From Klebsiella phage vB_KpnP_BUCT711, in the sequence record OM816836.1: DNA of 38,367 nt; one strand, given 5' to 3'. Position 1 is the stretch's first letter, and each line of letters opens with the position of its first letter. Shown here piece by piece: positions 14,533 through 23,309 of the stretch. The position numbers were made by a program, and so were the translations under genes. The notes under the pieces are model-generated. The model had not been told where the DNA came from. It ran no database searches and saw only the letters and a list, made by a program, of their open reading frames with translations.

Positions 14533-16866
14533 TCACACTTTAACTATGCTTGAAATATTTACATCGATAGGTGTTAACCCATCGGTTTCAATAAGTACTG
14601 AGTTTGTTTTATTGGTAGCAGTAAAAGTGAGGCTGGTAGCAGTCTCAAGTTCTCCCTGCGTAATAATGTAGCCTAAGCCAGATGCAGCACCTCTGATATA
14701 AACATCGCCTGTTGATGAGTTATTTCTAACCCATGTAACCTTGTAATTATTACCAACAGTCAAATATTCTATGTTTATATACACACGCGCTTTTGTAGTT
14801 GCTGGAGTAACAGTGATATGTCTTCCGTCGACAGTTAATGTTCCATCGTAGCCAGATGGGATACCGACGTTTAGCGGGCTGTAATAATCATCAAGTTGCA
14901 CCTGTGACTGATTTATAAAATCGATATCAGAAGGCATAAGACCAACCCCAAACCAGCACCTGTCAATGTGAACATACTCGCCTACAGTGCTGCCTGGGAT
15001 AAGACGAATCTGCAGGGTGGTAATGGTTTTAGGTAATAATGCGTGGCAGACAACCCACATCCAGCCGTTTTCTGCCTCATTGGCTTTAGTCCTCGATGTA
15101 ACAGCAGTCATTCCTGTCCCAGATATCTGAAGACGACCTGCGTTTGTAGAAAGACCAGAGTTTTTCCAGATACGAGCAGCAAAGGTCACCCATTGCCCTT
15201 TAAAGGCAAAAAGATAATCACTGAGATCACAATAAAAAAGAGGAGAAGATGTGTTCAAAACTTCAGCTTTTACACTGAACGCAAAAGAATCTCGTCGGGA
15301 AAGATCTCGAGAAACAGCTACTGAGTTCACTGCCCATGAGACTGGTAAAGACGAAAGCCAGGAGTTAAATGCCGGGTTTGGCGCAAGGTTCGGGCGCAAC
15401 GGTCCTGTATACGTCTCAATAACTTTATCAAACTGGAATGCAGGATTGTCGTTCAGCGCCTCTATTGCCACCCCTGCCCACACGTCCATGCCAGCTGCAT
15501 TAGGATGGATAAAGTCGGTATACAGGCTTTCTGGGACACCCAACTCAATGAACTTTGAATAGACATCAATGATACCAAGTCCCTGCACCGCGGCGACCTT
15601 AGCCCAGGCGCTAACAGCTCGCGCTGAATGGTCTGGAAAATCACGCCGCGGGTTCTGTGCCGTAACAATAACAGGAGCACCTGGATTATCTTGCTTCACA
15701 GCAAGAACACCCTCTGTAAATCCTGCCTGAATTGTCAACTCAGGAACGGTTGTCCCTTCATTGTGACCATAGTTTAAAATGACCAGGTCATAAGTTCGAC
15801 CGGAGTTATAGATTTGCGAGCGCATCGCTCCCTGGTAATAACGCTCTGTAGAACCAGGAACAGACACGTTATCAATATAAATTGATCTGCCTGTTGTACC
15901 TGTACTCATTACGATTTCGGGATCCCATCCAGAGCCATCAACAAATAAGCGATAGCGTACACTATGAGTGGGATATTTAGATGCAACCCATGTTGACCAT
16001 TTATAAACCCACTCGAAATCTGAGTTCCCCGTCGAATCACCAAGAATAATAATATAAGCATCTGCCTGCGCGCTTCGCACCTTCTGCCACAATGGAGCTA
16101 CATGAGGCAATGCTTTCGTTAAGTCTAAATATTCTGACACTGTATTACCCTCATGATGACCGATATAAATAGAACCAGTTGGTTTAGCCAATTCAATAAG
16201 CACATCCGCAGCACTGCCACTTTCAGGCAAAACCATAAGTGGATCGCCATTATTATCCATGGCAACTATTTTGTTTTTTCGAAAATCCTTAGCAGGAAGT
16301 ATTGATATTGCGCTTTCAGGCACTCTCATTGTTCTTTTAAACAAATCATCTGAATGGCCTATCGCAGCTGCGTTTAGAGTATCTGTATATTTTTTTGTTG
16401 CAGCATCCTGATCCTGAGATGGGTCACGTAGGTTACGAATACGATTGTTGAGTGCGTCGTAATAGTTAGCGAGCCATGACGGCTTCCTGAGAGATAGCCC
16501 AGACCACCACCCGTATGCCTGCTGAACAAGCATGGTTAGTTTATCGAGAGCATCTTCATGGATCTCCGGGAAAAAGCCACCCTGGTTCCTGATGCTGGCT
16601 TCCTGCGTAACCGGAGTGCTGCGCTCGATAGAGATTTTGTAACCAGCTGGCAGCGCCGATGTCAGCACCACCTTACCCCCGTTGTAGCGGTTCACGCCGG
16701 TAACCGTGTAATCGGTGCCGAGCGTCAGCGTCAAGATGTTTTCGGAGGTATCCAGCGTCTGCACCAGCACGTGGCTTTTATCCAAGATGCGGAACGTGAA
16801 ATCGTATTGGGTAGTGGCGCCGTTACCGGTGTACTCGTTACGGCTTACCTGCGTTGAAACTGTCAT
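14533..16866 (-). CDS. tailspike/tail fiber with T7 gp17-like N-terminal adaptor and central SGNH (GDSL) esterase domain
   Basis: N-term MTVSTQVSRNEYTGNGATTQYDFTFRILDKSHVLV. GDS(T) block IIILGDSTGN (aa ~276), GHNE block, DFIHPN block V. The C-terminal ~300 aa is predicted beta-rich (receptor-binding). Confidence 0.8.
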   Translation of the reverse strand: MTVSTQVSRNEYTGNGATTQYDFTFRILDKSHVLVQTLDTSENILTLTLGTDYTVTGVNRYNGGKVVLTSALPAGYKISIERSTPVTQEASIRNQGGFFPEIHEDALDKLTMLVQQAYGWWSGLSLRKPSWLANYYDALNNRIRNLRDPSQDQDAATKKYTDTLNAAAIGHSDDLFKRTMRVPESAISILPAKDFRKNKIVAMDNNGDPLMVLPESGSAADVLIELAKPTGSIYIGHHEGNTVSEYLDLTKALPHVAPLWQKVRSAQADAYIIILGDSTGNSDFEWVYKWSTWVASKYPTHSVRYRLFVDGSGWDPEIVMSTGTTGRSIYIDNVSVPGSTERYYQGAMRSQIYNSGRTYDLVILNYGHNEGTTVPELTIQAGFTEGVLAVKQDNPGAPVIVTAQNPRRDFPDHSARAVSAWAKVAAVQGLGIIDVYSKFIELGVPESLYTDFIHPNAAGMDVWAGVAIEALNDNPAFQFDKVIETYTGPLRPNLAPNPAFNSWLSSLPVSWAVNSVAVSRDLSRRDSFAFSVKAEVLNTSSPLFYCDLSDYLFAFKGQWVTFAARIWKNSGLSTNAGRLQISGTGMTAVTSRTKANEAENGWMWVVCHALLPKTITTLQIRLIPGSTVGEYVHIDRCWFGVGLMPSDIDFINQSQVQLDDYYSPLNVGIPSGYDGTLTVDGRHITVTPATTKARVYINIEYLTVGNNYKVTWVRNNSSTGDVYIRGAASGLGYIITQGELETATSLTFTATNKTNSVLIETDGLTPIDVNISSIVKV

Positions 16867-16964
16867 AGTCTGCTCCAGTGGTCAGCGCTGGCGCGCGTGT
16901 ATAGAAGCATTCTATTACCCATCAAACCATATATGAATAAAACAGATCAAAACGAGCAAAAACA

Positions 16965-16979
16965 TTACCATTAAGGTAA
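16965..16979. promoter_or_regulatory. operator TTACCattaaGGTAA in the tailspike/moron divergent region
   Basis: Perfect site. Confidence 0.6.
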
Positions 16980-17005
16980 ATAAAAACCTTCTGGAAAACC
17001 CTGTT

Positions 17006-17025
17006 ACCTTTTGATATATGTATAT
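17006..17025. promoter_or_regulatory. near-consensus LexA box TATGTATATATATACAGTAT
   Basis: ATGT-N8-ACAG with an (AT)4 spacer; 19 of 20 match to the E. coli consensus; about 30 bp upstream of ORF 17054. Confidence 0.5.
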
Positions 17026-17053
17026 ATATACAGTATTTATCGGAGTAATCCTA

Positions 17054-17314
17054 ATGCCAGAGCGGTACCAGTATCCTGTCGACGAAGGTTTTGCAGATCG
17101 TATTCACACCCCGGAAGGGGTCAGATCCCTGGTTGTAAAATCACAGCTGATGGAGTTGCTCAGGGAAATGGAGCGAGACGGCCACGATGTCAGCGGTGCG
17201 GCGGCGGAACTGGTGGCACTGGTTAACTATGTGACAAGTTCGCAGTTGTCGATGCGGGAGCTGCAAACACACCTGGATTTCTGCGCAATGCAGTTGCGGC
17301 AGCAACTCAGATAG
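17054..17314 (+). CDS. hypothetical small protein in immI-equivalent position (candidate antirepressor)
   Basis: 87 aa from ATG at 17054 (MPERYQYPVDEGF...), SD GGAGT; LexA-like box and an operator upstream. Confidence 0.5.
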   Translation: MPERYQYPVDEGFADRIHTPEGVRSLVVKSQLMELLREMERDGHDVSGAAAELVALVNYVTSSQLSMRELQTHLDFCAMQLRQQLR

Positions 17315-17376
17315 GGATTGATAGCCAGGAAGCACATTTAAAATAATTCTTGACGGACTTCATGGGTGGCTTAAGA

Positions 17377-17391
17377 TTACCGTATTGGTAA
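17377..17391. promoter_or_regulatory. operator TTACCgtattGGTAA
   Basis: Perfect site upstream of ORF 17443. Confidence 0.6.
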
Positions 17392-17442
17392 CTCAACCAT
17401 GTGTTGAGTATCCGCTTGCATTAACGTTTGTTAGAGGTATGT

Positions 17443-17778
17443 ATGAGCAGAAGATATAGCAAAGAGCTGGCTTTAGAGTCAGGGAGCCCTTTGGGTATCG
17501 CTCCTCGCTCTGACTACTCCGGTTTTGTGAAAAGAGACTCATCAACCGGCAAGTTCCTCGAACAAGATATGCGGGTGGTCGGTGATGACTTACGTAGGTC
17601 CGCAACGACCATTTATAAAAAGTACATCATAAAAGATGGGAAAAGAGTTGATGCCCCTCAAGGAAAGATGTTTGCCGTAACTCTACATAAGGAAGGTCTT
17701 GATGCTGCCGGAACACCAAAATCAAGTTCCCCAAGATACGACAAATACGCCAGACTTTACTGGCAAACAAAGCGATAA
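17443..17778 (+). CDS. hypothetical protein
   Basis: 111 aa from ATG 17443 (SD GAGG); overlaps the next gene by 80 nt in another frame. Confidence 0.4.
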   Translation: MSRRYSKELALESGSPLGIAPRSDYSGFVKRDSSTGKFLEQDMRVVGDDLRRSATTIYKKYIIKDGKRVDAPQGKMFAVTLHKEGLDAAGTPKSSSPRYDKYARLYWQTKR

Positions 17779-18247
17779 CCCCGAATTTGAAGAAGTCGAG
17801 GAAGATCTAAGTAAAGAGATCATTGAACATCCGGATGCTTTTTCGCGTGTGCTCGACAGGCCTGAAATTCAAGAAATCGTTGTTGCTCACCACGCATTTC
17901 AAGGCCCGCTACCTCCTCCATATCTTTTACGTGGGTATCAGGAAATCTTACCTGATGCCCCCGAGCGTATCTTTCAACTAACGGAGAGAGAATTTGCTCA
18001 CAGGCATAAGATGGAGGAAAAAGCACTTGATGGCGCCATCAACAGGGATAAAAGAGGACAGCACTACGGTCTAGGCGCTACAATCTTTACCGTCGGTTGT
18101 GCCACCGTCTTAGGCCTGACCGGGCATGAAGTGTTGGCAGGAACGGTCATCGGCATAGTAGTTGCAGTAGCTTGTATTTTTGTTCTCAGGCAAAAACCAA
18201 TCATCAAAAAGAAGCCAGAGAATAACGAAAAACCTGATGAAGAATAG
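17699..18247 (+). CDS. DUF2335-like membrane protein
   Basis: Strong SD AAGGAAGG. Acidic N-terminus; LRGYQEILPDAPERIFQLTEREFAHRH...GLGATIFTVGCATVLGL motif (DUF2335 as remembered); C-terminal TM. Confidence 0.55.
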   Translation: MMLPEHQNQVPQDTTNTPDFTGKQSDNPEFEEVEEDLSKEIIEHPDAFSRVLDRPEIQEIVVAHHAFQGPLPPPYLLRGYQEILPDAPERIFQLTEREFAHRHKMEEKALDGAINRDKRGQHYGLGATIFTVGCATVLGLTGHEVLAGTVIGIVVAVACIFVLRQKPIIKKKPENNEKPDEE

Positions 18248-18338
18248 CCCGGGCCACGGTCTTTTTGATGGATGAAATATCAGCCAAGCGCTACAATCAT
18301 AAAGCCACGGTTCAGTGGTCTACACATGGTAAGTGAAA

Positions 18339-18491
18339 ATGAAAAAAGCATTAGCAGTGCTGTTTGTTCTGTTGTCTATGGGTTCAGCTACACAAGCTTT
18401 CGCTGGTAACTGCCAGCATCCTGATGATACTGCAGCTGATGGCTCACGCTGTGGCGGCCGTTCTGCTGACTCCCGCCCCGGCGGTCAGTGA
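18339..18491 (+). CDS. small secreted peptide (50 aa), not in track
   Basis: MKKALAVLFVLLSMGSATQAFA signal peptide, then a 28-aa Gly/Asp-rich peptide with 2 Cys; terminator immediately downstream. Confidence 0.4.
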   Translation: MKKALAVLFVLLSMGSATQAFAGNCQHPDDTAADGSRCGGRSADSRPGGQ

Positions 18492-18498
18492 TAATTAA

Positions 18499-18524
18499 GG
18501 CCGCGAAAGCGGCCTGTTTGTTGG
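18499..18524 (+). terminator. rho-independent (bidirectional) terminator between convergent genes
   Basis: GGCCGC gaaa GCGGCC followed by TGTTTGTT. Confidence 0.55.
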
Positions 18525-18533
18525 AGTGACATG

Positions 18534-18830
18534 TCACGCTCTCTTTCTGAATGATAGCCATTCGAATAATGAAGACATACCCCCACAGGCGATAGCAAAG
18601 ATTAGACCACCAAAGAAAAGTAGACCAGCCTGCCACCACTCCCAGCGCCATACGTCCATGGCTCCAACCATTCCCACGATAGATCCAACCAGTGGTATAT
18701 AGCTGACGATGAATGCAATCGGTGCCGCTATTATCCAGTGCAAGCCCCACCAAGATTCAAGTCCTGCCATGATTGCGGCTAACTGGAAAAGCCCCACCAC
18801 GATGTAAACGATAAAGCCAATAGCTTGCAT
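18534..18830 (-). CDS. membrane protein (3 TM)
   Basis: 98 aa, highly hydrophobic, W-rich. Confidence 0.5.
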   Translation of the reverse strand: MQAIGFIVYIVVGLFQLAAIMAGLESWWGLHWIIAAPIAFIVSYIPLVGSIVGMVGAMDVWRWEWWQAGLLFFGGLIFAIACGGMSSLFEWLSFRKRA

Positions 18831-18842
18831 GTAGTCACCTAT

Positions 18843-19016
18843 TTATTCAGAAAAAATTAGAGGTTTACCTTGAATAAGGCTCGCCACAAGAATTATTCCC
18901 TGCACAACAAAAATAAACCAGCAGATAGCCTGCGCTGGGGGACTAAGGAAATATTTGTATCGGTCAGCAAATAACAACCAACCAGAAACTATCACAGACA
19001 AAATAATTAAAAACAA
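18843..19016 (-). CDS. small membrane protein (TTG/GTG start), not in track
   Basis: SD AAGGGGGA overlapping the stop of the upstream 824-aa gene; 50-57 aa hydrophobic. Confidence 0.3.
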   Translation of the reverse strand: MFLIILSVIVSGWLLFADRYKYFLSPPAQAICWFIFVVQGIILVASLIQGKPLIFSE

Positions 19017-19025
19017 GGATCCCCC

Positions 19026-21500
19026 TTATTCCGGCGTTACGTCCTGCGGTCGCCACCAGTATGTCTGGTTGAACTGTTTCTTGGATCTCTGCTCTACCTT
19101 GCGCAGATATCCAGGAGAAAAGTATTCCTGAAGCTGGTTAAATATCATATGGTCAAGCGCAGCTTTTGCATACCAAAGATTGGCACCGGGGATAAGGCCC
19201 TTGCCGAGTTTAACCAGATCACCACCTGTCTGTTCCGGCTTTCCTTCAACGGCATTAAGCGGGATGCCCTGCGCCAGCTTAACCACGTCATCAACCAGAC
19301 CAGCCACAGGCCCCAGCATTGACGCCAGCGCGCCACCACCGTAGCGCGTATGGTCAGAAAGCAGGAAGTCACCATAGAGGCCAAGACCACCACCTTTCAG
19401 CAGCGCGCCGAGCCAGAATTTACCAGCATCCTTCCCGACCATCTCTCGGGGATTCCTCCCGGATGCCATGTCGTTTAGCTGCTGAGACAGCGCGCCGAGC
19501 ATCGTGGTGCTGGCGAGGAATGCGGCGATATAAGCGGCCCGGCCGCCAGCGGAAGGCATGCCCATTGCACGCGTCCAGTGCCGCAGCACAACAGAGATCG
19601 GAAACGATTTGAATAGGAAAACCGAGCGGGTTAACTCGCCTTTCCATGTTCCGCGCTGCAGGCCACCACCAGTAAAAAGCTGCTCACGCGCGCCAGGCGT
19701 AATCACCGCCATGTCGACTTCTTCAGATACTGCGGCCAGCAGCCGGCGCATGGCCTCAAACCTTACTCGTTCCGGGAGCCCTAAGTGCATTACAGCAGCA
19801 TCAGGGATCCGCATAATGCTTTCCGGAGTGAGCATGGTCGTATTGCCGTTACCCCAGTCCTCCTGTTGCGCCAGCTTCCATACACTGAAGTCCTGCTCGG
19901 TGATTCCTTTGCTTTTCAGTATGCGAAAATCGCTGTCGTCAAGGCTCCGCAGATCAGGGGCCCTGCTGACCACTTCCCCAAGGCTTCCCATCATCGTCAC
20001 GCCGTAGGCACGTTTGTGCGCATCCGTCCATGCTGTCAGGCCGCTAGCGCGCATCACCGCCGTTGCCGCCCAGCGGGAAACCGACGGTCCCATATTGTCC
20101 ATCGCCCAGCGGTTAACGCTGCCGAGCAACGATTCCATAGCCAGCCCAGCGCGACGGGCGCGGGCAAGCTCCATGCGGTTCGCCGGGTTCATGGCCTCAA
20201 GCTGGTTCATAAATAGTCGGTTCATCGGGATGTTCGCTACCTTCGCCGACATATACATCGTGCCCAGGTCAGAGAATGAAGCCAGCAGCGCGGAACCAAG
20301 TCGGCTCGCCACCATCCAGTTTCGGATGTTGTCCGACCATCGTGCGATGTGCGGATTAGCGATCGGCTGCGTCTTCCCGGCGATAAAGTTGTAAAGGTTC
20401 TCGGTACTGTTGGCCAAGCGCTTAATCCTGCCAGTGCGCTCAGGGTTGGCAGTGGCCTGTTCAGCCGTAACCTCGTCCAGGATAGAGCGGAAAACGTGAT
20501 CGGGGTTCGGGCCGTATGTTTCAACCAGCGCGATATCTTTGCTGATACCTTCAAGGTGCCCGACCATTACTTCCCACAGAGAGCGATCGCCATATTCTCG
20601 CTGATACTCAAGGTAGGAGTCTGCGTCTTTGAAGTGGATCTGACGGGATGCATTACCGCGATTAGAGCGCGCGCCGGAAATGCGCATGCCGGTATCGCTT
20701 AATTTGTTCAGCCCGCCGGTGGCGATGGTGTTGTATGCCTCGCCCAGGAAGGTTGTCAACTCAGCATCGCTCATCAGCTGGCCGTCATCTTTGATGTAGT
20801 ACTTGCGATCCAGTTTGTCGATGACGTCGCTAACCCACTTATCCTGCGGAACCCTGCCGACTTTCTCCATCGAGTGGTGCTGAGGGATGCCCCAGTTTTC
20901 CAGGTAGCCTATATCACCACCAGCGTCATTGAATCGCTGGCGAAGCAATTCAGTAACGCCAGCCCATGCTTTTGCGCCCTTCTTAGCCCTGACGTTGCCA
21001 GTGTCCTGCCCGCGCATCTCGTAAACCAGATCGCGCACGCTGGCCTCGTCCTCAAACAGGTGGAAGAATCTCGGGTCTACCGCTTCAAATGCTTCCTGAA
21101 TCTGGCTTAGTGCATAGTCGCGTGTGGCTTTGCCGCGTGATTCTACCGACAGGAAATTTGATTTCCCGTCAGCGTGAAAGGCGATGGTCCGGTTAAGCGC
21201 CTCAAGCTTGCCGTCTTTCCCCTGGTAGGTCTTTATGAAGGCGTCGAGCCGCTGCCTGGCTGCGATGGTGAGTGCCACGCGGCGCTTCTTCAGCGCAGCT
21301 TCGTTAGTGAGTTCGTTCGCTGCTAACTGCCCGGCTCGGCGCAGCCGTTCGGCGTCAGTCATCGCCCGCCACGAAGCCGGATCATTGCGGGCCAGTTGCC
21401 GCATGTTCCGGTAAATACGGTCTTCAATATTCTTGATTTCCTGCTGCGTGAGTCGGCGGCTTGCGGCCTGCTGCACGGCGTTAATACATTCCTGACGCAT
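19026..21500 (-). CDS. internal virion/ejection protein (T7 gp16-like position)
   Basis: 824 aa, last of three giant genes preceding the tail fiber. Confidence 0.6.
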   Translation of the reverse strand: MRQECINAVQQAASRRLTQQEIKNIEDRIYRNMRQLARNDPASWRAMTDAERLRRAGQLAANELTNEAALKKRRVALTIAARQRLDAFIKTYQGKDGKLEALNRTIAFHADGKSNFLSVESRGKATRDYALSQIQEAFEAVDPRFFHLFEDEASVRDLVYEMRGQDTGNVRAKKGAKAWAGVTELLRQRFNDAGGDIGYLENWGIPQHHSMEKVGRVPQDKWVSDVIDKLDRKYYIKDDGQLMSDAELTTFLGEAYNTIATGGLNKLSDTGMRISGARSNRGNASRQIHFKDADSYLEYQREYGDRSLWEVMVGHLEGISKDIALVETYGPNPDHVFRSILDEVTAEQATANPERTGRIKRLANSTENLYNFIAGKTQPIANPHIARWSDNIRNWMVASRLGSALLASFSDLGTMYMSAKVANIPMNRLFMNQLEAMNPANRMELARARRAGLAMESLLGSVNRWAMDNMGPSVSRWAATAVMRASGLTAWTDAHKRAYGVTMMGSLGEVVSRAPDLRSLDDSDFRILKSKGITEQDFSVWKLAQQEDWGNGNTTMLTPESIMRIPDAAVMHLGLPERVRFEAMRRLLAAVSEEVDMAVITPGAREQLFTGGGLQRGTWKGELTRSVFLFKSFPISVVLRHWTRAMGMPSAGGRAAYIAAFLASTTMLGALSQQLNDMASGRNPREMVGKDAGKFWLGALLKGGGLGLYGDFLLSDHTRYGGGALASMLGPVAGLVDDVVKLAQGIPLNAVEGKPEQTGGDLVKLGKGLIPGANLWYAKAALDHMIFNQLQEYFSPGYLRKVEQRSKKQFNQTYWWRPQDVTPE

Positions 21501-21503
21501 AAT

Positions 21504-23309
21504 TTATCCTCTTAAGAAACACGCAACAGCGACATCAAAAAGTCTGGAGTCCCGCACTGCCTGCTCATTTTCACGTGCAGCATCATCAAGCACCTCACGC
21601 GCGCTTCTGGACTGTGGATTGCCGTCATCATCAAGAACGGTGATCATCATATCTGGCGATAATGCCAGTGACTCTTCAGCAGCCATCACATCAATGTCCT
21701 GCTGATTCTCTGCCATTCTTGGCGATGGCGTGGTTTCTATGTCCCGGAGAGCCGCGTTAGGCTCCAGCGGTGCGACTTCATCGGCGGAGCGCACTTCTGC
21801 CGTGCGGAAAAATGAAAGAGCCTGAGCATCAAGCTCTACCTCTGCTTGCTGCCTGCGGGCGATCTCTGCTCTTGCCTCGAAGAATTCACCACCGGGCTCA
21901 TGCGGGGCCAGTGCGTTACGAGAGAATTCCAGCCTCCCCTGTGCTTCACTGATCCGCTGATCGACATCTCTCAGCCTTGCCTGCTTATCGGCTCGGGCAC
22001 GGGACAGCGCTTTGCCGCTTCCCGCGGGTTGCTCTGCCAGTATCTGGTTACGCTGCTCAGTGAGGTTAGTGATAATGCGTTCGCTGTTGGCTATTTCTGA
22101 CTGGTAAACCTTGCGGTCGCCACGCGGAAGAATTTGCGCAGCCTGATCCTCAAGCGTCCGCATTTCAATAGCTCTGGATGTTGCACCCTCATCTGCCTGA
22201 GAAAGCATCTCATCCAGTGCCTGCGATATAATGCTGCGCCGTGCCGGTATGCTGGTGAATGCCGCCGGCTCAACAATGCTCGCCACATCAACCGATCGGC
22301 CTGCACTGACATCCTGCATCGCCTGCCGTAGTGCCTGGGCATGCGCATCGCGTGACAGCACATTAACCGGAATCCCTGGAGCGATATCAAACTCAGCATG
22401 ATGAGCAGCATTGGCCGCCAGAGCTGCATCGACGTCGGCAGGCATAAAATCAGGCGGGCGAACATTTTCCCCACGCGAGTTTACGAACCGGCCTACACCG
22501 CCGAATGCCAGTCCGAGAACTGCATCGATCGCCATCGCCTGCTTATCGAAAACGTCATACTGCGAGGCCATATCCTCATAGCCATTATTGCGCAGAATGG
22601 AGGCGGTGCTGCCGCGCATAGCCATACCAAAGGCGACGTTCGTGCCTGCCGCATAAGCGATATCAGGCGCAGCTCGCACAACGGTACCAGCAGCATTCCC
22701 AAGCGCCGATCGTGATAACTGAGCGCCGACACCTTCAGCCAGTGCGCCACCAGCACGCAGGCCGATGCTCATCGGTATGACTGTACCGGCACCAGCTGTA
22801 AGGCCGTGTACCAGCGCCACTTCCTGGGCGGTGCTGTAATCTACGCCTTCGCCGCGCAGTCGCTCAAACTCGGAGAACCCCTGCAAGCTGGTCACAGCAG
22901 CAGCGGCGCCAGCAGGACCGGCTGCCAGCGTACTTACTACTGCCTGCGATCCCATATCGAAAAGACCATACAGCACCTGTCCGGCGGTGCCGGTAGTGGC
23001 GGCATCCGGCGTCAGGCGTTTAACCTGTGATGCAGCAAGCTCTCTCTGTCGGGCGATGTATTCAGGTGACGTGTCACGAAACGATGTATTGTCATTAACA
23101 AACTGAGCGATGGGTGATACAACGGCATCAACACCAGCCCACAAAAGCTGGTCAGGCTTTGCAACAAGGCCGGAATAAAGACCTGATGCGGCACCGCTGA
23201 CTGATCCATCGAAAAACCCAACATCGTTTTTAGGGCTGCCTACTGGGTTTGATGCGGCCTGGTCCAGCTGCTGATTCTGGTTTACCGGGTTAAGTCCGAA
23301 GTAACTCAT
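21504..23309 (-). CDS. internal virion protein
   Basis: 601 aa, Ala/Gly-rich; coupled to neighbours. Confidence 0.6.
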   Translation of the reverse strand: MSYFGLNPVNQNQQLDQAASNPVGSPKNDVGFFDGSVSGAASGLYSGLVAKPDQLLWAGVDAVVSPIAQFVNDNTSFRDTSPEYIARQRELAASQVKRLTPDAATTGTAGQVLYGLFDMGSQAVVSTLAAGPAGAAAAVTSLQGFSEFERLRGEGVDYSTAQEVALVHGLTAGAGTVIPMSIGLRAGGALAEGVGAQLSRSALGNAAGTVVRAAPDIAYAAGTNVAFGMAMRGSTASILRNNGYEDMASQYDVFDKQAMAIDAVLGLAFGGVGRFVNSRGENVRPPDFMPADVDAALAANAAHHAEFDIAPGIPVNVLSRDAHAQALRQAMQDVSAGRSVDVASIVEPAAFTSIPARRSIISQALDEMLSQADEGATSRAIEMRTLEDQAAQILPRGDRKVYQSEIANSERIITNLTEQRNQILAEQPAGSGKALSRARADKQARLRDVDQRISEAQGRLEFSRNALAPHEPGGEFFEARAEIARRQQAEVELDAQALSFFRTAEVRSADEVAPLEPNAALRDIETTPSPRMAENQQDIDVMAAEESLALSPDMMITVLDDDGNPQSRSAREVLDDAARENEQAVRDSRLFDVAVACFLRG

